64,000 nt of DNA from a virus. A program made the translations under genes and the position numbers. Location: positions 1-64,000 of the IMG/VR virus record IMGVR_UViG_3300035698_010970; one strand, written 5' to 3'. Positions 24,901-34,915 of this stretch are shown here, piece after piece. How positions within the stretch are numbered: position 1 is the stretch's first letter; every line of letters starts with the position of its first letter. The notes under the pieces are model-generated. The model searched no databases and was not told the origin of the DNA. It saw only the letters and a list, made by a program, of their open reading frames with translations.

Positions 24901-27544
24901 AGTTCCAAGGGTTGGAAGCGCCACCTTCGTCGGCCTCGATGTCTGTCAGCGTGACCGTCATTGCAGAAGGACCGGAAGCAGAGCCGTTTCCGTCCTCTGC
25001 GTTGTGCTCCATAGAACGAGCTTGGAGCGTCAAGGTTCCCGGGGACGTCGTGTCGAAGGCTTGCACACCTTGAGAAAGGAAGCGCACTCGCAGGCTGTTT
25101 CCTGCAGAGGCCGAGCGGGTGGAGTATCCAACGGTTCCTGCACCAATGACTTGGAATGCTCCGTTGTTTTCGATGGCTTGGTCATCGCCAAAGACCACCA
25201 GGTACAGCTCCGAGGAGCTTCCTGTGAGATCTCGACCACCAGCGGTGATGAGATCAAATAAGGTCCGGCTTCCCCGAATGAGCGGGAAGCTCAAAATAGA
25301 TGGATCATCCACAAATTCCCCGAAGGAATCGAACGAATACCAGTCTCCCGCAACATCGAAGTTGAAGCCCGTAAGAACGATCTCACCTTCTCCGAGAGGG
25401 AGCGTTGCGGGGTTCGTATTGTTGTCTCGAAGGTCCGTTGTGGGGTCAATCCCAACAGCTTGAAAACGAGAGTTGACAAGACCACCAAGAACGATGAAAG
25501 GCTTCTCAAAGTTCAGCGACTGAAGCGGGTACATGGGACCCGGGTGCTCCACAGCCTCTTCGCCAGGACCTGCAGGAGCCATGCTCTGAAGGCCCGCTCC
25601 GGGAGCTTGAATGCCTTGGTTTGATTGCTCGGTGCTGAGCCAAGTCAAAGATATCGGGTGCTGCTTACCGACTTCGGAAGTTTTGTTATCGCTAGCTTTC
25701 CAGTACTCTTTGGGGCCTACGAAGCGGACGGCTCTCTCCGAACCATCTCGGAAGGTCTTCCGTGCCCCAACGTTTCCGGTGTCGCCACCGATGTACAAGA
25801 AGACCGTTGATCCATTCGTGAATCCTGGGGTCGTGTTGTTGAGGTTGTTGAGAAACCCGCTAGGTTTGAAATCTGCGCCGGCATTCCACGTTGTCAGATC
25901 GTCGAACGTATCAATGAACCCAGCGCTCATTGATCCCTCGTTGTCGAGCAGAGACGTTACGCGAGGTTGCAGAGCAGCAGCATCGGACCAGATGTAGCGA
26001 ATGCCGTCCGGGCCATCTTGGCCTTCCGTAGCATTGGGAGTCATTCCGTCTTGGTCAAGGAAGTCTACCTCTTCGATAGTCACACCTTGGGTGTCTCCAC
26101 CCGAGGCTCCTGCCGTTTTCCAAGTAGAGCGAAGACGGTTGCGCATCAAGGCTGCAACGTTGTGAAGCAGAAGACGCTCGTAGTCCCAGTCTCCAAGGTT
26201 GACGCCCCGACGCATGTCGAAGATGTCTTCTTCGTTGACCTCATCCGCGAACTTTCCGTCCGGTCGAGTGTTGAAGAATGTGACAGTCGTTCCCGTGCCT
26301 GCCGTCAGGACATCAGAGCGGCCCGTGTGGAGTGTGGGATCGGTTCCCCATTGTCCGCGTCCCCCTGCAGGGATTCGAATGATGTTGGGGTTGACCGTCG
26401 TGTCTACCGAATTGATGGCGATGACCTCGTCCTCGATGACCATGAACACGTTGGAAAGCGTGTGTCCAGTATCGTCAAAGCCGGAATTCTGAAGCCCATC
26501 AACTTCGATCTCCGTCAACAGAGCCGTTTGCTCCCCTGACAGATCGTTGATGAGAGCGACTTGGCTGAGAAGCTTTGCACCGTCGCGAGGGTTCGCCAAG
26601 GATGCGATGCTTGGTGTGCGGTTGAACGCTCCGTTTTGGTTGGGAGCACCCGCCAGGTTCACGGCTACGTAGGGCTGATTGTTGCGACGGAAGACAGCAC
26701 AGACGGGAATCGCGTAGATGTACCCGTCAACCGTTCCAAAGTCGTTGGAAGCGTCGCCATCTCCGGCACGCCACAAGGAAGGGTCTCCAAGCTGCTCTCG
26801 CATGTTTGCGAAGGCAGCATAGGATTGCGCGCTTGCTGTCGTTAGAGGACCTTGGGCCCGCACGTTCGGATCGTCAAGACCATCTGGGTAGACGTCGAGG
26901 TTGGGGCTGACCCCAGCTCCGGCGCCGTCTCCCACAACACGAAGACGGTACTGAATTTGTACGCGCTGGGTCGTCTGAGACCCGATCACAGGATCTTGGA
27001 GATCGTCCGTAACATTGGCCTGACCAAACTCCACGTTGCCGTATTTCCACACGGTAGCCGCAGAAGGCTTGTTGTCCGTCTTCGGGTTGGGAGCCACTAG
27101 GCTTCGCCAAACTTCTAGGAAAACGAAGTCCACGCGAGAGTCCGAATCAGGGGGCGGGAACAACTTGACGATGTTGTCCGTGGCACCGCTTTCCTGGTTG
27201 TTGGTGCCCGTGATAGGAACCACCATCCCGTTGACGTTGGCCCACACAACGGGATCAAACTCCTCAACTTCTCCGTCAGCGTTTCGACGCTGTTGCCCAA
27301 GACGGAACTGGTTGCTGTTGAGAGGATCCGTAACGTAGTCGTCTAGAGGACGAGTCGGATCGAGGAAGAAGCCAGAGTGTGCCTGGCTTCGGATGAACTC
27401 CTGAAATTGAGAGCTGCCCAGCTGCTGGGACAGGTTCAGTTCGGAGTCTAGCGGGGGCTTACCTGCCTGCCATACGACAGTTTGAAACTGCCGTGCAAGA
27501 GCAGAAAGGGTTCGGGAAACGCCATTTCCAAATTCTTCGGACAT
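21917..27544 (-). CDS. Large virion structural protein (1875 aa), tail-fibre/baseplate associated
   Basis: N-terminal VVWQAGKPPLDSELN motif shared with 34916-38368; position in the baseplate cluster. Confidence 0.75.
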   Translation of the reverse strand: MSEEFGNGVSRTLSALARQFQTVVWQAGKPPLDSELNLSQQLGSSQFQEFIRSQAHSGFFLDPTRPLDDYVTDPLNSNQFRLGQQRRNADGEVEEFDPVVWANVNGMVVPITGTNNQESGATDNIVKLFPPPDSDSRVDFVFLEVWRSLVAPNPKTDNKPSAATVWKYGNVEFGQANVTDDLQDPVIGSQTTQRVQIQYRLRVVGDGAGAGVSPNLDVYPDGLDDPNVRAQGPLTTASAQSYAAFANMREQLGDPSLWRAGDGDASNDFGTVDGYIYAIPVCAVFRRNNQPYVAVNLAGAPNQNGAFNRTPSIASLANPRDGAKLLSQVALINDLSGEQTALLTEIEVDGLQNSGFDDTGHTLSNVFMVIEDEVIAINSVDTTVNPNIIRIPAGGRGQWGTDPTLHTGRSDVLTAGTGTTVTFFNTRPDGKFADEVNEEDIFDMRRGVNLGDWDYERLLLHNVAALMRNRLRSTWKTAGASGGDTQGVTIEEVDFLDQDGMTPNATEGQDGPDGIRYIWSDAAALQPRVTSLLDNEGSMSAGFIDTFDDLTTWNAGADFKPSGFLNNLNNTTPGFTNGSTVFLYIGGDTGNVGARKTFRDGSERAVRFVGPKEYWKASDNKTSEVGKQHPISLTWLSTEQSNQGIQAPGAGLQSMAPAGPGEEAVEHPGPMYPLQSLNFEKPFIVLGGLVNSRFQAVGIDPTTDLRDNNTNPATLPLGEGEIVLTGFNFDVAGDWYSFDSFGEFVDDPSILSFPLIRGSRTLFDLITAGGRDLTGSSSELYLVVFGDDQAIENNGAFQVIGAGTVGYSTRSASAGNSLRVRFLSQGVQAFDTTSPGTLTLQARSMEHNAEDGNGSASGPSAMTVTLTDIEADEGGASNPWNSANINPGALPGRTLQTPFNYKCLVNTTLMYHSNRGATARVPDRVHRVAMQSPPGTVLNQSPANLDTDFPAATGAPGSPPEADFTRAHVQLWNRLPSNGLDAPTAPAYGGNVVLNSEITRETEAFLDRGSKTLMFRPFQRLEMTLQGMTTDNTGDLDNPTLLGDSNYPNPALIPTGFDGAKDDGQLLTTGLQMGYQIPPQWMPRFGRQDIPYYQDNGPGFGAGTFLEGINHLFTDTTDASNPAFFAIGGQDNQSGGSLVTRMLVQTGSSSGFAYGQYGTVTGPLTPAYQGRLTTTIGSGCPEAAEITGKLANVSSSDFGKGLRGIMMPPYLGMARVYGVYDRRDFVAQGGVSFGVDRVTPQAGRATNLLRRDAKRQTLFICEDGAYDLTGERGDHTYIIPENVVDITKSPSFTSGEDFADLEYVVECTVFVFAKGWITENNFVMARRHNGEGALITDGDNPELEGASLVLPHAAPDSSTLYVAYERTVYQGDPFMTRAGVTRTTSDYEHRPGQVAQSDAYAVNTHIQQYDASGNQIPERPNARSLQVLASLDFYTTMGSGNIGGVVYPGTELDVGFMENTSEASSRIPSGPGTPAWRFLPRAFTEGQKKNSSRASVDLRVDGNNATMIFLPSPNATRVDVVRLDGTVVSFRANNGATVAEDEFDASSPDETVVAKELAAKMVARTELQNSVFIRNDVDDQVIDIISRTVGAEGNGIRVRINDVDNLTLLLPKSGETTLDATITTANLAGGVDLPVNGGSGTTKFDLTGMTERMPMGILYNDADFLGENPLNDASSAVQTLLGGIRPSQRLLPLTQNGGEEYTPHTGAPGELIGMGDGAILQYGAFTDSSPGGSRRYRIFRGGGAVFVLNGVNPGGPVDWNSGSLEPHQLPVLKGALLAGKALLVRNFPEEAFSTDDDTTEGDEIQMVVMTHSVAGNGDTLKEGVDLSGIISRTGYGEGTTAADRYRLNGKPMYQGRTRNTPDPATTPLAPFSKDE

Positions 27545-27557
27545 CGGTCAAGCCTCT

Positions 27558-28355
27558 TTAGAACATGACGGCGTACGCCGCAATGCACTTTCTTCGTGTA
27601 GGAGCATTATTTCGGAAGGCGAGACGTACAGACGTCCCGGGGGTGCAAAAGGAAACGGGGACGAGCCTCTGAACTTCGGTCCAAGACACGCCATCATTGA
27701 TGGAGAGATACACTTGAAGGTCTGAAGGCTCTTGGTCGACTTCAAGAGCTGCGACCAGAGAGGGGGTATTGAGACCGGCCGTAGCTCCAAAATCGGAGCG
27801 AACGTCCTGCGTTGCGTCACAGTCGTAGATATACCAGTAGGCAACGAACTCATCGGAGCCAATGCCTCCCGTAAAAGGAGACACATCGATCGTGTCGGAG
27901 ATCACCAAACCCGGTGCGGTGGGTGCCGCCCCGGTATTCGCTGCTAGCATCGCAGTATTGTTCGGAGCCTGCCCGGCTGTAAAGGGTCCGCCTGTCCCCC
28001 GTCCAGTGATAGCCCTTGTACGGAAAGAGTCTCCCGTATCGGGATCCGTAAGGGTTGGAGCCGACGGACTACTCGCATCGACAACGATATCGTCCACATC
28101 CGCAGCTTCGAGAAGAGGGTTGTACAAGATGTTGTCGTATTGCGGGAACTGCGCTAGCAACCCCGCGTAAGCTTGGGCAACAACTGAGTTAGGGTTGTTG
28201 GACGGGAGTACGAAGGACGTGGGCTCAACATGCAAAGAGACGCCTTCAGGCGTGGGGAGCACGTATTTGCCATTTGTTGGCGCAAAGCGGCCAATTTCCG
28301 GAACCTTCTCTACTTCGAGAATTCCGTTTGTTGTCCTGTCTACAAGGATGCGCAT
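27558..28355 (-). CDS. Virion structural protein (~265 aa)
   Basis: YLSINDGVSW (Asp-box-like) motif; start at ATG 28355 or TTG 28361. Confidence 0.7.
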   Translation of the reverse strand: MRILVDRTTNGILEVEKVPEIGRFAPTNGKYVLPTPEGVSLHVEPTSFVLPSNNPNSVVAQAYAGLLAQFPQYDNILYNPLLEAADVDDIVVDASSPSAPTLTDPDTGDSFRTRAITGRGTGGPFTAGQAPNNTAMLAANTGAAPTAPGLVISDTIDVSPFTGGIGSDEFVAYWYIYDCDATQDVRSDFGATAGLNTPSLVAALEVDQEPSDLQVYLSINDGVSWTEVQRLVPVSFCTPGTSVRLAFRNNAPTRRKCIAAYAVMF

Positions 28356-28393
28356 CGTCAAAGTACCTTACCTGCAAGAGAGCGCAGGCGGCT

Positions 28394-28424
28394 CTACCAA
28401 CGCGCCTCTATAGACCCAAAAACG
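28394..28424 (-). promoter_or_regulatory. Putative late-promoter motif (CTATAG core)
   Basis: Minus strand CGTT-N4-GGTCTATAGA-gg-CGCGTTGGTAG; left part matches 39118/48014, right part matches 54156. Confidence 0.5.
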
Positions 28425-31400
28425 TCAAAGTTTGGGGGTCTTGTCTCGGAACCTGTTGACCAAGGATGCATAGAAAAAGCGATGATCAACACTTCCGACG
28501 CCTGTAACGTTGCGCCCAGCTTGCGTCACTTCCAAGCTTTGAAGGGTGATGAACGCAGGATCTACTACGTCAATCTCGCTCATCTTGTGCAACTCTTGGT
28601 CGAAAAGAGCCATCTTCAAACGAGATTGGTACTCAGAAGTTGCCGGCACGTAGTACTTGTCCGTCTCAATGACCAGCGTGTAGGGTATCGAGAAGCCTGC
28701 GTCTGACAGCCTCGCAAAACAGTTGGCAGGCTGCACGAGCGACGCTCCAAGCTGGTTTTGGACCGTCCACTCAAAACCTAGTGGGCCCGTGCTTGGGTCA
28801 CCCGTAAACCGTATTCCGGCATAGTCGGTAGTCGGGTCCAGTGGGTCTGCCGTGGCTTCGAGGGCCGACCCAGAAGGTCCGCACAACCCCGAGAAAAAGT
28901 TGTAGCCGTCGTTCGTGTTTGCCAGGACAGCAAACTTGATCACAAGACGGAAGGATTGCGTGAGGTAGATTTCGCTCTCAGTGTCAAACCCACCAATAAC
29001 GTTAGGTCCACCTCCTACAACTTGCCATTGTGCATACTGCCCGTGCTCTCGATCCGAACCAAATACTGGAAGCCCAAAACCTCCTTGCAACTGGAAGCTT
29101 CCGAGGATCCCGCTGGCAGAAAGGACGTCAGCGGGAAGGGCCGCTCCTGATGGCGTAATCAGGCCAGACTGGTGCCACTGATATGTGGAGTCTGCATCTA
29201 GCGTGATTGTGCCATCCACCTCCGAGTTAATTTGCCCTCGGTCTACTCGAATAGCTTTAACACGTTGGGAGCTGCCGTACGTGGTGTCGTATCGGTGGTC
29301 GTCATATCCGAAGTCCTTGTTGGAAGTCTGCGCGCTGAATGCAACATCCCTACGTAACTTGACCACAAGGTCAGTGGAGCCTGCAAAACTAGGATCCGAT
29401 GCCGTGGAAAGACTGCTAATACCGCCAAGAGCCGTAACCTCTTGTCCAGTCGTCACCACGTTGCGGGTCTCTGTGTACCCCCAAACGCCTTGAGAGACGC
29501 CCGTGTCTCGCTCCAAAATTTCGATAACGCCTGTGCGAGGAGCGTTAGCCCATTGTCGATCGAGAACGATCTCCACAGGGTTGGGTACAAGCAAGCTAGC
29601 TCCAACGTACGGAGCGAGAACAACGCTGGTGGTGTTGTTCCCGTCAACTCTGGCCACTACTGGAGAGCTGTAGACATCGACATCCTCAACAGTGCCTCCC
29701 GTGATGCGGACTCCCGTGCCTAGCTGGGATTCCTCCATGGAGTAAGGAATGCAAGCTGCGAAAAGGACAACCTCTTCCCGAGGGTTCGTCGTTCCCGGCC
29801 CACCGATGATATCGTTGGGAATCACGTCTCCGCCAGCGCGGTTTGGGGGGTGGCTCAGACGCACAAGCCCAGAAGAATAGTCCACCTCGATGTACTGCTT
29901 TTCCGCAAGCGTGCTATCGATAACCAACTCCCCGCGAGTGTCGATGGGGTTGCTGAAGTCTGGGATAGGGTTGCCGGCACCGTCATCTTGAGCTGGGAAG
30001 AGGACCATCCTAAAGCCTAGATCCAGCATGCTTCCTGGGTTGGAAGCTCCGGGAATACCTACGCCAGGGTCTGTCGCCGTATCGAAGATAGAGCGTTCAG
30101 GACGTCCATGGCTGGCTCCTCCAGGTTGGGAAAGCCCAGCGCCGCCAACATTGGAAACCTGCTTTTCGAAGCGCTCAACGTCATGGGGGTCGATGAGGTT
30201 TTTGATCCGAGCAGCTTCGATGACATCGGGATTGTAGTCCCCGAGCCAAGCTTCGGAAACCGGACGGTGTAAGGAGTAGACAAGACGGTGCCGAGGACCT
30301 GTTGCAGCGTCTTGGTAGTATGGACCTGGACCGAAAGTGATGCTTCCGCTTGCAGGATCTACCGTCGCTACAGATTGCAGCGTGATAGAGCCCGAGCCAA
30401 AGCTGTGATCCACGACGGGGAAGTAGCCAAATACGTCTTGACTCGCGCCGAACGTCAGAGGAGTGTCCCCACCGCTGTCTAGGTTGTAGACTTTGGCGAC
30501 GAGGCCAACATCTGTGGGGGAAGCTAGGGGGGACTGGACTCTCCAAAATCCGATGCCATCGGGTGGCAGGGCTCCGACGTCCGAGAAAACATTTTCTCCA
30601 ACGCCACCACGGGTCTCGTGGGGGAAGGGTAGGGGGAGGGCATTACGGCCACCGTAAGCACCAGGCTCACCCGTCAACCCTGTAGCTTCGAAGCCCCCTT
30701 GCAGCCAAGATCCGTCCCCTAAAACTCCGCCGTTGAAGGGTGGATACAGATCGGAAGTGGCGGAGAACTCCGGAGAGAGCGTGGCGAAGACTTGCTCTTG
30801 GCCTACCCCTGATCCTGAGCCTCGAATCGCTTGCAAGCGAGTGACGTATGGCTTGAGGAGTGTGACGGACCGACAAACGCGAGTCGTAGCCGGAGGTAGA
30901 TCAAAGAAACTGCTGAGGAGCTTGTTGGGGTGAAGCTCGATAACGTTCGCGTCAATGCTTGCAACTCGGAAAAGCTCGTATCGCGCAGTGTTCAGTGCTT
31001 CCGGAAGCGCTGAAAGAGCTGTGGGACCTACAGTGGGGATCGAGCCCGGATTCGTTCCGTCATCGGAGATAAGGACATAAAGCCCACCGTTAGGCTCTGT
31101 GGGACCGCCAATCGTGAAAACAGGTGCGTCAGGACCATATCCGTCAGTGACGTTGCTTATGACTGCGGATGCGCCATCCGGGCGGTCGCTCAGCTGAAGC
31201 TCGTCTCCCCCGTTAGGCCCAGTCTCTGCCGTGATCGTCCAAGTGTGGTCGCAAAATGGAGACTTGAGCGTAGGTCCAACAACCTCGTAGCTAATTGGGT
31301 GGCCTACAAGAGACGGCCCCTTGCTACCGGACCGGTTTGTACGCCAGTTGTAGGGAACAAAATCGATGTCTGGAACACCACGAAGCCCGAGCTTGGACGT

Positions 31401-31688
31401 CTTTGCTCGAACCGGAACAGGGGCAGCCTTCTCACCATACTTCTCGTCGCCGTAACCCAGAACAGGGGACGTGACAGAGCCAATCCCGTAATTATAGGAA
31501 GCGGCCCAAGAGCCCGAGAATCCTCGAATGATGTCCGTGGCAAGAGAGGAGTTATTCGCGACTACCGAAGTCTCTCGTGAGAAAGGCTCTTGCCACGGCG
31601 CATTGGACGAGACTCCGTCTCCGGTCTTAGCAAGAGCTTTCCGAAGCTCTTCAAGCTTCTTTTTGTCTTGGTCGCTGAGGGTTGCCAT
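28425..31688 (-). CDS. Large virion structural protein (1087 aa)
   Basis: Acidic, Gly/Pro-rich; VDYSSGLVRL motif common in tail/baseplate proteins. Confidence 0.72.
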   Translation of the reverse strand: MATLSDQDKKKLEELRKALAKTGDGVSSNAPWQEPFSRETSVVANNSSLATDIIRGFSGSWAASYNYGIGSVTSPVLGYGDEKYGEKAAPVPVRAKTSKLGLRGVPDIDFVPYNWRTNRSGSKGPSLVGHPISYEVVGPTLKSPFCDHTWTITAETGPNGGDELQLSDRPDGASAVISNVTDGYGPDAPVFTIGGPTEPNGGLYVLISDDGTNPGSIPTVGPTALSALPEALNTARYELFRVASIDANVIELHPNKLLSSFFDLPPATTRVCRSVTLLKPYVTRLQAIRGSGSGVGQEQVFATLSPEFSATSDLYPPFNGGVLGDGSWLQGGFEATGLTGEPGAYGGRNALPLPFPHETRGGVGENVFSDVGALPPDGIGFWRVQSPLASPTDVGLVAKVYNLDSGGDTPLTFGASQDVFGYFPVVDHSFGSGSITLQSVATVDPASGSITFGPGPYYQDAATGPRHRLVYSLHRPVSEAWLGDYNPDVIEAARIKNLIDPHDVERFEKQVSNVGGAGLSQPGGASHGRPERSIFDTATDPGVGIPGASNPGSMLDLGFRMVLFPAQDDGAGNPIPDFSNPIDTRGELVIDSTLAEKQYIEVDYSSGLVRLSHPPNRAGGDVIPNDIIGGPGTTNPREEVVLFAACIPYSMEESQLGTGVRITGGTVEDVDVYSSPVVARVDGNNTTSVVLAPYVGASLLVPNPVEIVLDRQWANAPRTGVIEILERDTGVSQGVWGYTETRNVVTTGQEVTALGGISSLSTASDPSFAGSTDLVVKLRRDVAFSAQTSNKDFGYDDHRYDTTYGSSQRVKAIRVDRGQINSEVDGTITLDADSTYQWHQSGLITPSGAALPADVLSASGILGSFQLQGGFGLPVFGSDREHGQYAQWQVVGGGPNVIGGFDTESEIYLTQSFRLVIKFAVLANTNDGYNFFSGLCGPSGSALEATADPLDPTTDYAGIRFTGDPSTGPLGFEWTVQNQLGASLVQPANCFARLSDAGFSIPYTLVIETDKYYVPATSEYQSRLKMALFDQELHKMSEIDVVDPAFITLQSLEVTQAGRNVTGVGSVDHRFFYASLVNRFRDKTPKL

Positions 31689-31690
31689 AG

Positions 31691-34600
31691 TTACGGTCTC
31701 ACGATTTCAAGGCCAATCAACCCGCGAAGGCTCGATGTGTCCGCGTCAGGCCCAGCGCCCACGAAGTTGAGTGTAGCACCGGCGGCTCGGATAACGACTC
31801 GAACGAGAACGGGAACCTCTCCTTGAGAGTTGCTCTGGAAAGCAGCTTGAGGGCCTACGTTCACAAGCACATCAGCATACACGTGCCCATAGCGGGCTTC
31901 GATGCCATTCACAGTCTGAGTCGGGTCCACGACTTGGCAACCAGCCCCGTCAGTCATGGGATCTTGCTTGGAAGGGCCTTGACCATCAACGCGACCTACA
32001 TCCATCCAAGCCGTCAGACCTGGAACCTTGGCCAAGATGGCAACTTCCGCCGAACCGGGGCCCGGAGCAGCGTAAGAGAAGTCGCTCAAAGCTAATCCAT
32101 GCACCCGAAGCTTGAACTGCGAAGCTCCGACCATGTTTGCTACGATGGGCGAGGCATCTCTGGAGAACCCAAGATCGAGAACTCGAAGGTACTCCCTTTG
32201 AGGGTCCGCGACGCCAACATAGTTGGGTTGAGGAGTTGTCACATCGCCAACCGGAAAAGAAGGCCGGTGACCTGCGGAGTAGTCTGTCTCGGGATACCGG
32301 AGGAGTCCTCGGGAAGGGGCAGGACCTACTCCTGCAACATCAACCAAAGGTCTCCGCTCAGGGAGCCCGCTAACCTGAAGCTCGTCTGCTACACCGACAA
32401 ACGTCGAGAGGTCCTGCGTATGGAGAGCACCTTGCACGAAAGAGACCGCAGCAAAGGCCACATTCCCTCCGACTCTCACAGGAACCTCCAAGAAACCGCT
32501 CAGACCGAAAGGAAGCCCCGGACCTACGAGGTTTCCTCGAATGCCGTCGTAAGTGGGATCGAGCGCGCCTCCATTGAAGGCTCCTAGATCCCAACGGTAG
32601 ACCTCGTCCAAAAACCGTTCTTCTGTATCCTTGAGAGCGGTTTCCAAGTTGGCTCGTGCCACACCAGCAGCCAAGGTCAAGAAGTTTCCGTAGCTACCAA
32701 GGTCGTCCGTAGGGTTCTGAGACGTGCTGTGGTACAAGACGTTGCTCGCAGCAATTTGGTCGAAGTCCACCAAGCCCGCTGAGGTCGCGGGCAAGAGATT
32801 GCCAAGAGGCTTCTTCCACCATCCGATAAGGCGAGAGTTGGTCGAGAACTTCGGAGTCTCTTGCGAACCAACAAACGTCATAGGATCTCCTGGGAAGATT
32901 TGAAGGTCGGCACTCTCTCCAGGAATGGGGCCGTTAACTAGGCTGAAAGCTCCATGCCCGCTCTGCGAATCTAATTCATCATAGCGGAAATCGATTCGTG
33001 TGCTGTCTGTTCCTGTGCGGACAGTCCCTGCAAAGGATGAGGTTGCTGCGGGAGGTGTAACCGTCTCTCCGTAGTTTCCGAGATACAGGAAGAAGGGGGC
33101 ATCATGGTCGAGCCCAGGACTGATCTCCGAAGCTGTTGCAGAACGACCAAGACGGTAGGAGTTGTTCCAGGTATTATCTAGCTCCATGACTAGACTGGAA
33201 ACGGTCCACTCGCTTCCCGCAGTGCCTGGAACCCAGTACTGAACTCCAGACACAAACACGACCTCGTCCTGTGTCACGACAACATCGTAGGTAGTGGTCA
33301 GAGGGTTGACGACCTGGTTGTCTCCCTCAGGGTCCTCAAAGACTGCGGCTCGAAGAACGTGGTAGCCAGGAGCCGTCGTCGGAGGCACGACCGAAGCATT
33401 GACAATGTTGTCCACACTCTCTGGGTTCGCATAGTCTGTCAACGACGCAGACCACAGAGCGTAGCCGTTAGCGACGTCGTCTGGCATGACCCCATCTCGG
33501 GTGAATGCCTCGAAGTCCGACTCTCTTCGAAAGTGAAGAAGCAAGAAGCTACCTTGCTCGATAGGGTCCGGAGCAATAGGAGTGTTGCTCAAGAACTCGA
33601 ACCTGTGACGGTAACGAGCCACTTGAAAGTTCCAATAGTCCTTGCCCAAGCCGGCGTAGTTACCCGCTTGAGTCAGTGCGGTTAAGTGGCTCAAAGCCAC
33701 CGAGGGCTTGTTGAAGTACCTGAACTTTTCCGCGGCAGGAGTATAGGGCAACCCTGTGACTCCCCCAAAGCCGTCATCCGTGTCGCTGTAGTCCGTGAGA
33801 TACGGCAGACGGTAGCGAAAGAAATTGTTGTCGTTGGCTGCAAAGGGGAGGCTATCATCGCGCCCTCGACCCGCAGTTGTCGAGCCAAGGATGGGGATAC
33901 CGCCTGCCACCGGAGCGACTCCCGCCGTTGGGTCCTGACCCAAACGCACCTGACCCGCACCAGGTTCTGCCGCAAAAGAAAGTGCAGCGCCTGTGCCTTC
34001 CGCAAGCGCCGTGTGCAACTCTCGCAGCTGGTACTGACCCGAAGCCCGACCTGGGAAAGAGTTAAGATCCGGATCGCCCTCATTGAAGATGCCTCCGGGC
34101 TGTCCGTCACACTCTTCCGTGATACCTTGACCAAGCACAATCGCAGCAAGACATCGGTCAAGCAGAGGTTGAGCTAGGAACTCTGGAATGCTGCCATCGG
34201 CAGGCCAGTGGAACAGTGCTAGGACTCCCCGATCCGAAGGATACACAACTCCCGAAACAACATTAGGAGTGAAGGACCCTCCTCCCCCAGGCACAACTCG
34301 CATTGTTTCGATCACAGGGTTGTTTGCTGTCGGTGGTCGAGTGAACCCACCCTGATTCGTTTGACCTCTCCCTCCACCAGTATAGGTGGGGTCTCCCGTG
34401 CCTGCAGGATCAAGGTTGAAAACCGGGTCCGTTGCGGGGTCGTTGCCGATCGGGTTGAACGGAGGATGAGGGCTCGCTACGTCCGGCCGGTAATAGTAGT
34501 AGGGGTAAATGTCCTCATCCGTGTTTGGATCATTGGAATCCGGTGAGGAGACATTTCCTTTTGCGAGCTGACCTGCATCTGCCAACTTCAGGGATCCCCA

Positions 34601-34912
34601 ATCGGGAATCCCGCTGACAGGCAGCGTACTGCCAACATTCGAAAGGTGGTTCCCTACCGTGGGAGGGCGAGGAGGAACTAGGCCACCTAGCTCATCAAGG
34701 TTTCCTTGAACGTTGGTTCCATCGAAGACTCCTCTCGAAGTCGTCGAAGAAGTGGCTGACGCTGGGTGGGCATTAGCAGGGTTGTTGATGTGCGCGTTGG
34801 CTCCCGCATTTCCCGAAGAGGAGAGGTCTTGCGTAAAGGAGTTGGCATCAACACTATTCTGGTTGGCCTTACCTGTGCCGGTTCTGACGTCGTTTTCACC
34901 GTTGCGAGGCAT
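31691..34912 (-). CDS. Large virion structural / tail-fibre protein (1073 aa)
   Basis: N-terminal AHINNPANAHPAS and NVQGNLDEL trimer-type fibre motifs. Confidence 0.72.
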   Translation of the reverse strand: MPRNGENDVRTGTGKANQNSVDANSFTQDLSSSGNAGANAHINNPANAHPASATSSTTSRGVFDGTNVQGNLDELGGLVPPRPPTVGNHLSNVGSTLPVSGIPDWGSLKLADAGQLAKGNVSSPDSNDPNTDEDIYPYYYYRPDVASPHPPFNPIGNDPATDPVFNLDPAGTGDPTYTGGGRGQTNQGGFTRPPTANNPVIETMRVVPGGGGSFTPNVVSGVVYPSDRGVLALFHWPADGSIPEFLAQPLLDRCLAAIVLGQGITEECDGQPGGIFNEGDPDLNSFPGRASGQYQLRELHTALAEGTGAALSFAAEPGAGQVRLGQDPTAGVAPVAGGIPILGSTTAGRGRDDSLPFAANDNNFFRYRLPYLTDYSDTDDGFGGVTGLPYTPAAEKFRYFNKPSVALSHLTALTQAGNYAGLGKDYWNFQVARYRHRFEFLSNTPIAPDPIEQGSFLLLHFRRESDFEAFTRDGVMPDDVANGYALWSASLTDYANPESVDNIVNASVVPPTTAPGYHVLRAAVFEDPEGDNQVVNPLTTTYDVVVTQDEVVFVSGVQYWVPGTAGSEWTVSSLVMELDNTWNNSYRLGRSATASEISPGLDHDAPFFLYLGNYGETVTPPAATSSFAGTVRTGTDSTRIDFRYDELDSQSGHGAFSLVNGPIPGESADLQIFPGDPMTFVGSQETPKFSTNSRLIGWWKKPLGNLLPATSAGLVDFDQIAASNVLYHSTSQNPTDDLGSYGNFLTLAAGVARANLETALKDTEERFLDEVYRWDLGAFNGGALDPTYDGIRGNLVGPGLPFGLSGFLEVPVRVGGNVAFAAVSFVQGALHTQDLSTFVGVADELQVSGLPERRPLVDVAGVGPAPSRGLLRYPETDYSAGHRPSFPVGDVTTPQPNYVGVADPQREYLRVLDLGFSRDASPIVANMVGASQFKLRVHGLALSDFSYAAPGPGSAEVAILAKVPGLTAWMDVGRVDGQGPSKQDPMTDGAGCQVVDPTQTVNGIEARYGHVYADVLVNVGPQAAFQSNSQGEVPVLVRVVIRAAGATLNFVGAGPDADTSSLRGLIGLEIVRP

Positions 34913-34915
34913 AGC